Below are positions 56,312 to 64,000 of a stretch of DNA of 64,000 nucleotides, one piece after another. The translations under genes were made by a program, and so were the position numbers. The notes below the pieces were generated by a model. It was given only the letters and a program-made list of their open reading frames with translations, was not told the DNA's origin and ran no database searches. This stretch comes from Candidatus Chisholmbacteria bacterium RIFCSPHIGHO2_01_FULL_52_32 (GTDB lineage Bacteria; Patescibacteriota; Microgenomatia; UBA1400; Chisholmbacteraceae): positions 650,681-714,680 of the forward strand of contig MHCJ01000003.1 in NCBI GenBank assembly GCA_001816585.1, written 5' to 3'. Position 1 is the first letter of the stretch. Every line of letters starts with the position of its first letter.

Positions 56312-56668
56312 ATGGGTTATAATAGCCTTCGTATGGATCTTACTCAAAGACACTGCGTTCCTTGTGAGGGAGGTATTTCCCCATTTGATGCGGCTTATGC
56401 CGCCGAGTGGCTGCGAAATATCCAGGGTTGGAGGCTCGTTGCGGGAAGTAAGAAAATTCAAAAAGACTTTATCTTTAGGAATTTCAAGGAAGTCATCGGG
56501 TTTGTGAATAACGTTGCGGAGATTGCCGATACGGAGAATCACCACCCCGATCTTTTTATCCACAGCTATAAGAAACTTCGAATCACTCTTTCGACGCACG
56601 CAATCGGTGGGCTTTCGGAGAACGACTTCATTCTGGCCGCGAAGATTGACAAGATTCAGGGGAAATGA
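56312..56668 (+). CDS. pterin-4a-carbinolamine dehydratase (PCD/DCoH)
   Basis: 118-aa core with the HHPD motif (ENHHPDLFIHSYK). Start at internal Met MGYNS of the track ORF. Confidence 0.8.
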   Translation: MGYNSLRMDLTQRHCVPCEGGISPFDAAYAAEWLRNIQGWRLVAGSKKIQKDFIFRNFKEVIGFVNNVAEIADTENHHPDLFIHSYKKLRITLSTHAIGGLSENDFILAAKIDKIQGK

Positions 56669-56800
56669 GGGGGAATGAGGGATGTTAAGGGTAAAGTTAA
56701 GGGAGGTTAAGGGGAAATTAAGGGTAGTTAAGGCCCCGGTGAGATAGGACTTCGTCCATCTCACGGGGTCGGAGAGAAGTTAAGGGAAATTAACGAGAGC
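56669..56800. repeat. GTTAAGG-type tandem repeats with the embedded conserved hairpin element (copy 3, 56730-56786)
   Basis: gagggatgttaagggtaaagttaagggaggttaaggggaaattaagggtagttaaggccccggtgagatagg...catctcacggggtcggagagaagttaaggg. Confidence 0.8.
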
Positions 56801-56804
56801 AGAC

Positions 56805-57875
56805 TCATTCTTGGTCGATTCTCTCGAGTTTCCCGAGGAGTTTGAGGGCTTCGGATTTTTTGGCTTCGGTCACTTCGACGGCAACAATTCCGTGTTGGAA
56901 ATGACCGTACACGACCACCGCTCCGAGCGGAGAAAGGAGGACCGCGGGAAGGACGGCGAGGTCCTCTTCCCCATCGATTTGAATTACCGCCGGTTGCTCC
57001 TTTAGCATTGCTTTCTGAATGGCATTCACCAATGCCGGGAGGATGATCCCCGGCGGATTTGCTGCCCTGTATACGTTCCGCTTCTCCAGGCTGCCCAGAT
57101 CGGAAATCTTCTCAAAACGCTTTTTCCGGTTTACTTTTAAGTCCGCGACAATAAGCTTCGGTGAAACACCCGCTCTGAGAAATCCGTAGCTCACCAAATC
57201 CCCTACGCTGGTCAACGGCCGGAGCCCGCGTGCTTCGATAAACTGAATTGTCTGGTTGATGCCAGTTTCGAGATTGGATGGGTTTGTCGGGATGATGTTA
57301 CCGAAAGGTGTTCTGAATTTCGGCAGTAAACTTCCCGGAACCTCTGCTGGGGTGGCTGCGAGAAGGACCGAGGCAAAATGAATGCCTTCGCGATCTATCT
57401 CGCCGTCACGGATGCGGCGAGAGGAGATGATCTTCCCGTCAAGAGCCCGGATCAACGGATAGCGGATGAGTTTTAGCGGCCTTAAGCCTTGTTCCATCCG
57501 CTTCCGGTTCAGGACCCTTCCTCCTTCTTTTGTGTTATCAGTGATGAGGAGAGCTTCGAGTGAGTCGTCGCTCACCGTTTTACCAAAAGGATCTTCAAGG
57601 GTAATGATGTCATAGGTCTTCAGGAGACGGTTCCGGCTTAGGTAGTCCACGACACCCTTCATTCTCACCTTGAATGACTCGAGCCTGGGGTCTTTATGGA
57701 TCCTGAAGGCCAATGCGTCGCTGGTTATGCCGACGGTTACCTTCGAGGACAGCTCAAACGCCCGGTTTAGCAGTCCCCGGTGGCCCCGGTGGAGATGATC
57801 GAAGGTGCCACCGAGCGCAAGATGGGCAAGCTTTTTTACCTTGGTTTGATGGTTACCGGAGCTGGTTTTGGACAT
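56805..57875 (-). CDS. bifunctional archaeal-type PPAT (cytidylyltransferase fold) plus DUF359-type (GTP-dependent) dephospho-CoA kinase
   Basis: N-terminal HxGH (GGTFDHLHRGH). The C-terminal half (GDLVSYGFLRAGVSPKLIVADLKVNRK) resembles COG1909/DUF359. The start is uncertain (track 57926). Confidence 0.6.
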   Translation of the reverse strand: MSKTSSGNHQTKVKKLAHLALGGTFDHLHRGHRGLLNRAFELSSKVTVGITSDALAFRIHKDPRLESFKVRMKGVVDYLSRNRLLKTYDIITLEDPFGKTVSDDSLEALLITDNTKEGGRVLNRKRMEQGLRPLKLIRYPLIRALDGKIISSRRIRDGEIDREGIHFASVLLAATPAEVPGSLLPKFRTPFGNIIPTNPSNLETGINQTIQFIEARGLRPLTSVGDLVSYGFLRAGVSPKLIVADLKVNRKKRFEKISDLGSLEKRNVYRAANPPGIILPALVNAIQKAMLKEQPAVIQIDGEEDLAVLPAVLLSPLGAVVVYGHFQHGIVAVEVTEAKKSEALKLLGKLERIDQE

Positions 57876-59331
57876 CGCGGAGTCTTTCCAAGGTTTCCTT
57901 TTTCCCGAGGATTTCGATAGTGTCAAACAAAGGGGGGGTGGCGGTTTTTCCGGTTACGGCTATCCTCACCGTCATAAACAGCCGGGTGGGTGACCAATCC
58001 TTCTCCACAAACGATCTGCCGGTTTCTTCTAACCGCTTGGCTTTGAAGTCTTCCGATTTTATTTTTCCGAGCCCGCCTGTGAAGGCTTGAAGCTTTTGTT
58101 TTGTCTCCGCCCCGGTGTGTTTTGACTGAGACAGGACCTCTTCTTTTGGCACTTCCGGACGCGTGACGAAGAATTCGGTTTGGTCGTTAAACTCGGAAAG
58201 GAGTCGGATCCTTTCTCTCACGAGCGGAAGAACCCGACGGGCGAGCGTCGGGGTCATACCTTTGGGGGTAAACGGAGAGAGCTCAGTAAGAAGATCGCTG
58301 TCGTCCATCTCGCGAATATACGCCCCGTTGAGCCAGCGAAGTTTTTCCAAATCAAAGATCGGGGCAGTCGTCTTTACCTTATCCAAAGAAAAGTTGGCAA
58401 TAAAATCTTCCCGGGAAAACTTGTCCAACTCTTGCGGATGCGCCCAGCCCATGAGAGAGAGATAATTCAGCAGAGCCTGCGGAAGATAGCCTTGTTCCTG
58501 ATACCAGAGAATGGAAACCGGATTCCGGCGCTTCGAAAGTTTTGAGCGATCGGGATTCCGAAGGAGCGGCGTATGTGCAAAAACAGGCGGCTTCCAGCCA
58601 AACGCCCCATAGAGCATGAGGTGTTTTGGTGTTGAGGAAATCCATTCTTCCCCCCGAATCACATGGGAGATGTCCATGCGATGATCATCAACCACCACGG
58701 CCAAGTGGTAGGTCGGGTAGCCGTCCGACTTTACCAGAACCTGATCGTCGATCGAACTGTTCTCAAATGCAATGGTTCCGCGAATGGCGTCGTCCCACTG
58801 TGTTTTGCCTTCCCTGATAACTTTAAGACGTATGACGTGGGGTTCAAGTTTTTCTCTTTCCTTTGCGATCGCGGGTTTAAGTTTCCGACACGTCCCATCG
58901 TACATCGGGATTTTTCCTTCCTTCGTTTGGCGCTCCCGCATTTCCGTCAGTCTGGCCTGAGAACAAAAACAGTAATACGCGTTTCCTTTTTCGACCAATT
59001 CTTCGGCGTGTTGCCGGTAGAGTGCCAGGCGTTTCGACTGGACGTATGGAGCATAGGGGCCTCCGACATCGGGGCCTTCGTCGTAGTCGAGACCCAGCCA
59101 GTGCATTGCGTCGAAGATGATTTTCTCGGCCCCGGGAACGTAGCGCTCCCGATCGGTATCTTCAATGCGAAGGATAAACTTCCCACCGTTTGCCCGGGCA
59201 AAGGCAAAATTCAACAGGCCGATGTAGGCGGTGCCGATATGGGCAATGCCCGTCGGGCTTGGGGCGATGCGGGTGCGGACGGTCATCTGTTTGATCCCTT
59301 GTCCCGTACAAAAACTTGAATTTCCACTCAC
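57853..59331 (-). CDS. gltX: glutamyl-tRNA synthetase
   Basis: HIGH (PSPTGIAHIGTA) and KMSKS (KLSKR) motifs. The true start is probably the internal Met (MTVRTRIAPSPTG). Confidence 0.9.
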   Translation of the reverse strand: MSGNSSFCTGQGIKQMTVRTRIAPSPTGIAHIGTAYIGLLNFAFARANGGKFILRIEDTDRERYVPGAEKIIFDAMHWLGLDYDEGPDVGGPYAPYVQSKRLALYRQHAEELVEKGNAYYCFCSQARLTEMRERQTKEGKIPMYDGTCRKLKPAIAKEREKLEPHVIRLKVIREGKTQWDDAIRGTIAFENSSIDDQVLVKSDGYPTYHLAVVVDDHRMDISHVIRGEEWISSTPKHLMLYGAFGWKPPVFAHTPLLRNPDRSKLSKRRNPVSILWYQEQGYLPQALLNYLSLMGWAHPQELDKFSREDFIANFSLDKVKTTAPIFDLEKLRWLNGAYIREMDDSDLLTELSPFTPKGMTPTLARRVLPLVRERIRLLSEFNDQTEFFVTRPEVPKEEVLSQSKHTGAETKQKLQAFTGGLGKIKSEDFKAKRLEETGRSFVEKDWSPTRLFMTVRIAVTGKTATPPLFDTIEILGKKETLERLRDVQNQLR

Positions 59332-59559
59332 TGCTGATTTAGCCGCATTGGAAATCAGGTTTTTTTTACGGGACTGCGGTCACAAGCTTTGCTTGTTCTC
59401 TTGCCCCATATAATAAACTTGATTATCTACTGACTGCATATTCTGCCGTATTAGATTTCATGTTTTTTAACGGGGCTTCGATCACTCGGGCGGAGTACCA
59501 CCCGGGTTCTCTTGCATTCTAGCAGAGGATACCGCTATACTCAAAGGAGAAAATAGGGG

Positions 59560-59650
59560 GTAGGAGCTAGGGGTTAGGGTATAGGGTTTAGGGTTAAAGA
59601 ATTGAGCTTCAAGATTTAAGAATTGAACATTAAACATTGAATATTAAACA
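59560..59650. repeat. G-tract and AACATTGA word repeats upstream of 59651
   Basis: GGGttaGGGtataGGGtttaGGG (a canonical (G3N4-5)4 arrangement) then gaattgagcttcaagatttaagaattgaacattaaacattgaatattaaacattga. Confidence 0.8.
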
Positions 59651-60706
59651 TTGATCTTTGGCATGGCAACCCTCACCGAAGCCTCCTACTATTCGAGAAA
59701 TATCATCAAGTACGGCTCAATTGTTGTCGTTATCTTACTTGCTATTCGGATCGGGGTAGCTGTTTTTACTACGTGGTGGAAGCGGCTTCATCCGCCTCCC
59801 CCGCCTCCGGTGACCGTGGAGTTCGGAAAATTGCCGGCCCTCTTCCCGTCTACGGAGAAACCGGAAATCAAATTTCGTTTGGAGACGGCTACGGGAAAAC
59901 TCGGTGAATTCGGCCCGCAAGCCCTGGTCTACCTCATTCCGGCAAAGCGAGGGAATCTGCTGGCGCTTGAGCGGGCAACCGATCTTGCTAAAAAGATGGA
60001 ATTCATATCCGAACCGACAAATTCAGGGACCCTTTATCGGTGGACAAAGGATAAGCCCCTTCCCTCCTCTCTGGAGATTGATATTGTGAGCGGCGATTTC
60101 ACTTTCGATGCGAATTGGAGGGTTGAGCCACAGCTTCTGACGACCTCCATCGCACCTTCCGAATCCGAGGCTATCGCTTCAGCCCGAGGTTGGCTATCCG
60201 GCATGGGACTTTTAGAGGATGATTTGGAAGTCGGGGAGACGCGTGTCACCTACCTAAAGGTGTTGGGGACGGATGTTGTCATAGCAGCTTCACCATCCGA
60301 GGCGCAGTTTGTCCGCGTGGACCTGTTTCGGGTTAATTTAGAGGATGCCCGTATCCTACCCTCAAACCCGGATGATGGCCTGGTGTTTGTCGTTGCATTG
60401 GGTTCCAGATACGGAAGATCCCAGGTGGTCCACGGTGAATACCGATATTTCCCGGTTGATTACACACAAACCGCTACCTATCCGTTGATTTCGGTTGATA
60501 CCGCCTGGAAACGTCTCGCGGAAGGAAAGGCTTTCTTGGCTATCCTGCCGAAGGATCTTTCGGAGATCGCGATTCGTAAGGTTAGCTTGGACTATTTTGA
60601 TCCTCCTGAAGCCGGTCTCTTCCTCCAGCCTATCTTTGTGTTTGAAGGTGATGGGGGTTTTGTGGGGTATGTGGCGGCAGTTTCGGATGAGTGGATACAG
60701 GAATAA
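59651..60706 (+). CDS. hypothetical membrane-anchored secreted protein
   Basis: N-terminal TM, poly-Pro (PPPPPPV), and a 300-aa extracellular region. No known motif. Confidence 0.45.
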   Translation: MIFGMATLTEASYYSRNIIKYGSIVVVILLAIRIGVAVFTTWWKRLHPPPPPPVTVEFGKLPALFPSTEKPEIKFRLETATGKLGEFGPQALVYLIPAKRGNLLALERATDLAKKMEFISEPTNSGTLYRWTKDKPLPSSLEIDIVSGDFTFDANWRVEPQLLTTSIAPSESEAIASARGWLSGMGLLEDDLEVGETRVTYLKVLGTDVVIAASPSEAQFVRVDLFRVNLEDARILPSNPDDGLVFVVALGSRYGRSQVVHGEYRYFPVDYTQTATYPLISVDTAWKRLAEGKAFLAILPKDLSEIAIRKVSLDYFDPPEAGLFLQPIFVFEGDGGFVGYVAAVSDEWIQE

Positions 60707-60765
60707 TATAAGTTAAAAGTGAAAGGTGAAAAGTGAAAAGTTCAATATTAGAAGTTTTTACTACC

Positions 60766-61779
60766 TCATTGTCCTTCCCCCTCACTTAGTAATTCATCCA
60801 AAGTCTTCCAGGTGTGAGCGCTGTAGGCCCATTCGATAAGCCTCTCGGAATCCCCGAAGCGATTTGCGCTGCCTAAGACAACGGCGATGATTTCTTTTCC
60901 ATCCCTTATCGTGTCCGTGACTAAACATTCGCCTGCCAGTTCGGTCCAGCCCGTTTTCACACCGCGGATGCCTTCAACCTCGCCTAACAACTCGTTTTTA
61001 TTCTCAAGCGGATGGACCCGTTGGGCGTCTACGTCGGTCACGACAGCAGTTTTGGTACCGACAATTTTGGCGAAGGTTGTATCTTTCATTGCCACGCTTG
61101 CGAGTCTGGCTAAATCCAAGACAGTGGTATAGTGGCCGTTCTGCTCCACCCCTGAAACATTGCGAAAGCGGGTGTTTTCCAGATGGATCTCTCTTGCCAA
61201 TGCGTTCATCTGATCAACGAAGGCGTAGTACCCGCCCGGATAATTTTCTGCTAAGGCGAACGCCGCATCATTTCCGGATTCAAGCAGGAGACCATAGAGA
61301 AGGTTTTCTACCGTCATCCGTTCACCCGGAACAAGGTTCATGGTTTGGCCGATTGCCCGATCTGCCTGCTTGACCGTGATCACTTGATCGAGGGGATAGG
61401 CTTTCAGGACAACCAGTGCCGTCATGATTTTGGTTGTCGACGCAGGAAACAGCTGCTGGGTGGGATTTTTGGTGTAGAGGACAACCGCAGATCCGACATC
61501 GACCACCGCTCCGGCGCGAGCAGAGATGGCGGGTTTTGCGATCCCCTCGATTGGGACCGGGTACGGGGAGACCGGAGGAAGTTCAAAGGGAATGGGGCGG
61601 AGGCTCGATTGATCCGGGATAAGGCTTAAATCCTGATAGTATCCGTTTCCCGGCAGGAAAAGGAGGATAAGACCCAGGGCGATGAACGCCGGTCTTTTCC
61701 TTAGTGAAAATGCTTTCTTTGTAAATAGGAGAAGACTTTCCCGGAGGGTTGTTCGTTTTTTCCGTCCATGTCTTGCCAT
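60766..61779 (-). CDS. dacA: D-alanyl-D-alanine carboxypeptidase (S11, PBP5/6-like)
   Basis: SxxK (ASTTKIMT), SGN and KTG motifs. N-terminal signal anchor. Confidence 0.85.
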   Translation of the reverse strand: MARHGRKKRTTLRESLLLFTKKAFSLRKRPAFIALGLILLFLPGNGYYQDLSLIPDQSSLRPIPFELPPVSPYPVPIEGIAKPAISARAGAVVDVGSAVVLYTKNPTQQLFPASTTKIMTALVVLKAYPLDQVITVKQADRAIGQTMNLVPGERMTVENLLYGLLLESGNDAAFALAENYPGGYYAFVDQMNALAREIHLENTRFRNVSGVEQNGHYTTVLDLARLASVAMKDTTFAKIVGTKTAVVTDVDAQRVHPLENKNELLGEVEGIRGVKTGWTELAGECLVTDTIRDGKEIIAVVLGSANRFGDSERLIEWAYSAHTWKTLDELLSEGEGQ

Positions 61780-62012
61780 CGGAGGGAATGGATTTTCGGC
61801 TACCCTTTCTGTTTGAACGGTTGATTATTACGAGTTTCGTTTAATACGGAGATCGCACAACAGAAATTTGCTCGGTCGCATAAGGTTCGGTCTTGGTTAG
61901 CTTTTCGTGTTCTGGATGCTCGCCAGTCCGCCAGCTGGCGGACTGGCCTTGCTCCCAGCGCAAATTTGTTCCGCGCTCTCCTTCTGATGGTTGCTAGGTA
62001 CGAAACTCGTGA

Positions 62013-63425
62013 TTATTTTTCTTTCTTATTACTTTCTACAACCTTCAAATGTAACTCCTTAAGCTGTTGCGGTTCCACTACGGACGGCGCATCCATGACC
62101 GATGTTTGTCCGGATGCGGACGTGGGAAATGCCATCACTTCCCGTACACTGGGTTCGCCTAAGATCGCCATGAGAATGCGATCGACGCCGGGAGCAATCC
62201 CACCATGAGGCGGCACCCCATAGGTAAATGCAGTAAGCATATGTTCAAACTGTTTCTTCTGCTCTTTTGTAAATCCGATAAGGTCAAACACTTTATCTTG
62301 TACTTCGCGTTGATGGATACGAATACTTCCCCCACCCACCTCAAAACCATTCAGTACGAGATCGTGCTGCAGCCCCCGTACTTTCAGAGGGTCTTTATCG
62401 AGAAGCGGAATATCGTCCGGGTGCGGTGCAGTAAACATGTGGTGGGAGGGGGCAAATTTCGCTTGCCCCGACCCGTAGTAAAAATCTTCTTTTGATTGCT
62501 CTGCAAAAAGCGGAAAGTCAATCGTCCAACTAAATGCAAGCTCCTGCACATCGTTTTTATCTTTGCGCAAGTCGGGTTTGTCCGTACCATACTTCTGTCT
62601 GACTTGGTTGTGTGAGAATCTGGGCCAGGGTGTTTGCGTCATATGTTTATCAGGAAAAAGGTCTTTGACAAGCCTCGTAAACAGCTCTTCCGTGAGCGTA
62701 AGGATGTCGTTTTGCGTAACAAATGACATTTCAAGATCGAGCTGCGTAAATTCCCCATACGCTCTGTCTTTCCTCGGATCTTCATCGCGGAAACAACGAG
62801 CTATCTGAAAGTAGCGTTCCAATCCCGCAACCATGAGGAGCTGTTTATATTGCTGAGGCGATTGCGGAAGCGCATAGAATTTACCCTTTTTCAAACGCGA
62901 AGGAACAATAAAGTCCCGGGCGCCTTCCGGGGTCGTTTTTGTAAGGATTGGTGTTTCTACTTCTACAAAATCCCTGTCAAGAAGGAAGTTCCGTATATAG
63001 GCAACAACTTTGGAGCGCAACCGTAGATTTTTTGCCATCCGCGGACGACGAATATCGAGGTAGCGGTACTTTGATCGAATTTCCTCGTCTATCTCGTAGC
63101 CGTCCGTATCGATGGGAAAGGGGAGCTCTTTGGAGTGACTGAGCACGGTGACTTTGCGGGCTTCAACCTCTACTTTTCCGGTTTCGATTTTGGGATTTTG
63201 AAGATTTGCCGGCCTGTCTTTCACAAGGCCGCTTACGTCTACGACGTCTTCAATGCGAAGGTCCTTCAACACGTCTCCGCCAACAATTTGAACGATACCG
63301 CTGCGATCACGAAGGTCAATGAAGACGAGCTTTCCGTGGTCCCTGCGGGCATGCACCCAGCCTGAAAGACGAACAATCTGGTTTACCAGCTTTAGTGTGT
63401 CTCTGACAAGCACGCGCTGTGTCAT
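62013..63425 (-). CDS. aspS: aspartyl-tRNA synthetase, short archaeal/eukaryal-type (no GAD insertion)
   Basis: OB anticodon-binding N-terminus and class II motifs (FRDEDPRKDR...EFTQLDLEMSF, GGGSIRIH). 470 aa. Confidence 0.85.
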   Translation of the reverse strand: MTQRVLVRDTLKLVNQIVRLSGWVHARRDHGKLVFIDLRDRSGIVQIVGGDVLKDLRIEDVVDVSGLVKDRPANLQNPKIETGKVEVEARKVTVLSHSKELPFPIDTDGYEIDEEIRSKYRYLDIRRPRMAKNLRLRSKVVAYIRNFLLDRDFVEVETPILTKTTPEGARDFIVPSRLKKGKFYALPQSPQQYKQLLMVAGLERYFQIARCFRDEDPRKDRAYGEFTQLDLEMSFVTQNDILTLTEELFTRLVKDLFPDKHMTQTPWPRFSHNQVRQKYGTDKPDLRKDKNDVQELAFSWTIDFPLFAEQSKEDFYYGSGQAKFAPSHHMFTAPHPDDIPLLDKDPLKVRGLQHDLVLNGFEVGGGSIRIHQREVQDKVFDLIGFTKEQKKQFEHMLTAFTYGVPPHGGIAPGVDRILMAILGEPSVREVMAFPTSASGQTSVMDAPSVVEPQQLKELHLKVVESNKKEK

Positions 63426-63435
63426 GTGGTTCCTT

Positions 63436-64000
63436 TCACCCGACGCTCCGGCGCAGGCGGCATGCCTTTTCTACGTATCGCCTCAGCGTTTTCGTGCCGG
63501 TTTTGCCCCGTAAGGCCGTGATTATCTTTATTACAAGCATACAATGTTCTTCGTGTTTTGAGTATGCGTCCCCATTTAGGTACTCCCGAATGATTTTGGC
63601 ATCTTCCTGAACGGCTTGCCAAGCTGAATTTTCCTTGGCTAAATAGCTGACTGCCTGATCATTGTAATACGAAAGGGCTTTGGTTAAATCGCGGCGAAGA
63701 TTTTTGTACTCCGCTTCCAATATCGGCAGCAGGCCCAACCTCATGGCTTCTTTGAGACCGCGACCGGTGCCGATCAGCTCCGGCGGCGTTCCCAGAGAAT
63801 AGAGCGCTCCCGTAAAAGGAATAGCCCGCGGAAGTGACACTTTACCCATGCCCCGGGAATACCCGAAAAGCCCGACGTGGAGTATTCTCTCTCTTCTTTT
63901 GGGCATCAGCGAGGCAATACTGTTCACCGCTGCGGCAAGCTGCTCGACCGTCTGGCGGTACGGCCGGGCGAAGATCCCGCAGAGGATTTTTAACTGTTTA
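63436..64000 (-). CDS. hypothetical protein, C-terminal part (ORF is open to the right edge)
   Basis: The frame continues without a stop from 63927 up to 64000, so the MNSIASL start shown in the track is not the true start. The product was not recognised. Confidence 0.35.
   Translation of the reverse strand, partial: KQLKILCGIFARPYRQTVEQLAAAVNSIASLMPKRRERILHVGLFGYSRGMGKVSLPRAIPFTGALYSLGTPPELIGTGRGLKEAMRLGLLPILEAEYKNLRRDLTKALSYYNDQAVSYLAKENSAWQAVQEDAKIIREYLNGDAYSKHEEHCMLVIKIITALRGKTGTKTLRRYVEKACRLRRSVG

Noticed and set aside
59571-59594. Telomere-like TTAGGG units
   Set aside because: Only 2-3 degenerate units exist in an internal intergenic spacer of a bacterial-type locus. They are better read as part of the G-tract word-repeat family. 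They are kept as a possible G4 motif, not as a telomere.

Overview
This 64-kb window reads like a chromosomal segment from a small-genome bacterium. Core genes include lon (partial), dtd, era, a tRNA-Gln, greA, gltX, an archaeal-type aspS, a PPAT plus DUF359 kinase fusion, an RRM protein and a CopB-type copper ATPase locus. Intergenic regions are unusually decorated with degenerate 7-10-nt tandem word repeats (GTTAAGG-, AATTATG-, TAGAGCA-like), which is compatible with a CPR-like lineage (inference only). Roughly 18.1-36.1 kb is a visibly more AT-rich accessory island. It holds a NucS/DUF91-like nuclease next to a membrane protein, a DinJ/YafQ toxin-antitoxin pair, and a ~7-kb stretch (22.7-29.5 kb) of small cassette-like ORFs separated by a mosaic of at least four palindromic repeat modules, with no integrase or transposase visible. 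It also holds a three-gene operon ending in a MORC-like GHKL ATPase, which sits divergent to a single ORF that fuses a complete LexA (wHTH + S24 autopeptidase) to a beta-class SPPY (m4C-type) DNA methyltransferase, with a convergent putative restriction endonuclease. I consider this GHKL operon plus SOS-linked R-M module the best candidate for an undescribed defence system. Other notable items are four type II toxin-antitoxin pairs (HicBA, Phd/RelE, DinJ/YafQ, VapBC) plus a Fic protein, a histidine kinase followed by three stand-alone receiver proteins, a standalone Cas4-like nuclease, an ATP-cone + Mrr-like nuclease, and two structured repeat families whose stems show compensatory base changes between copies. 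All calls rest on reading the supplied translations and the sequence; no database search was run.
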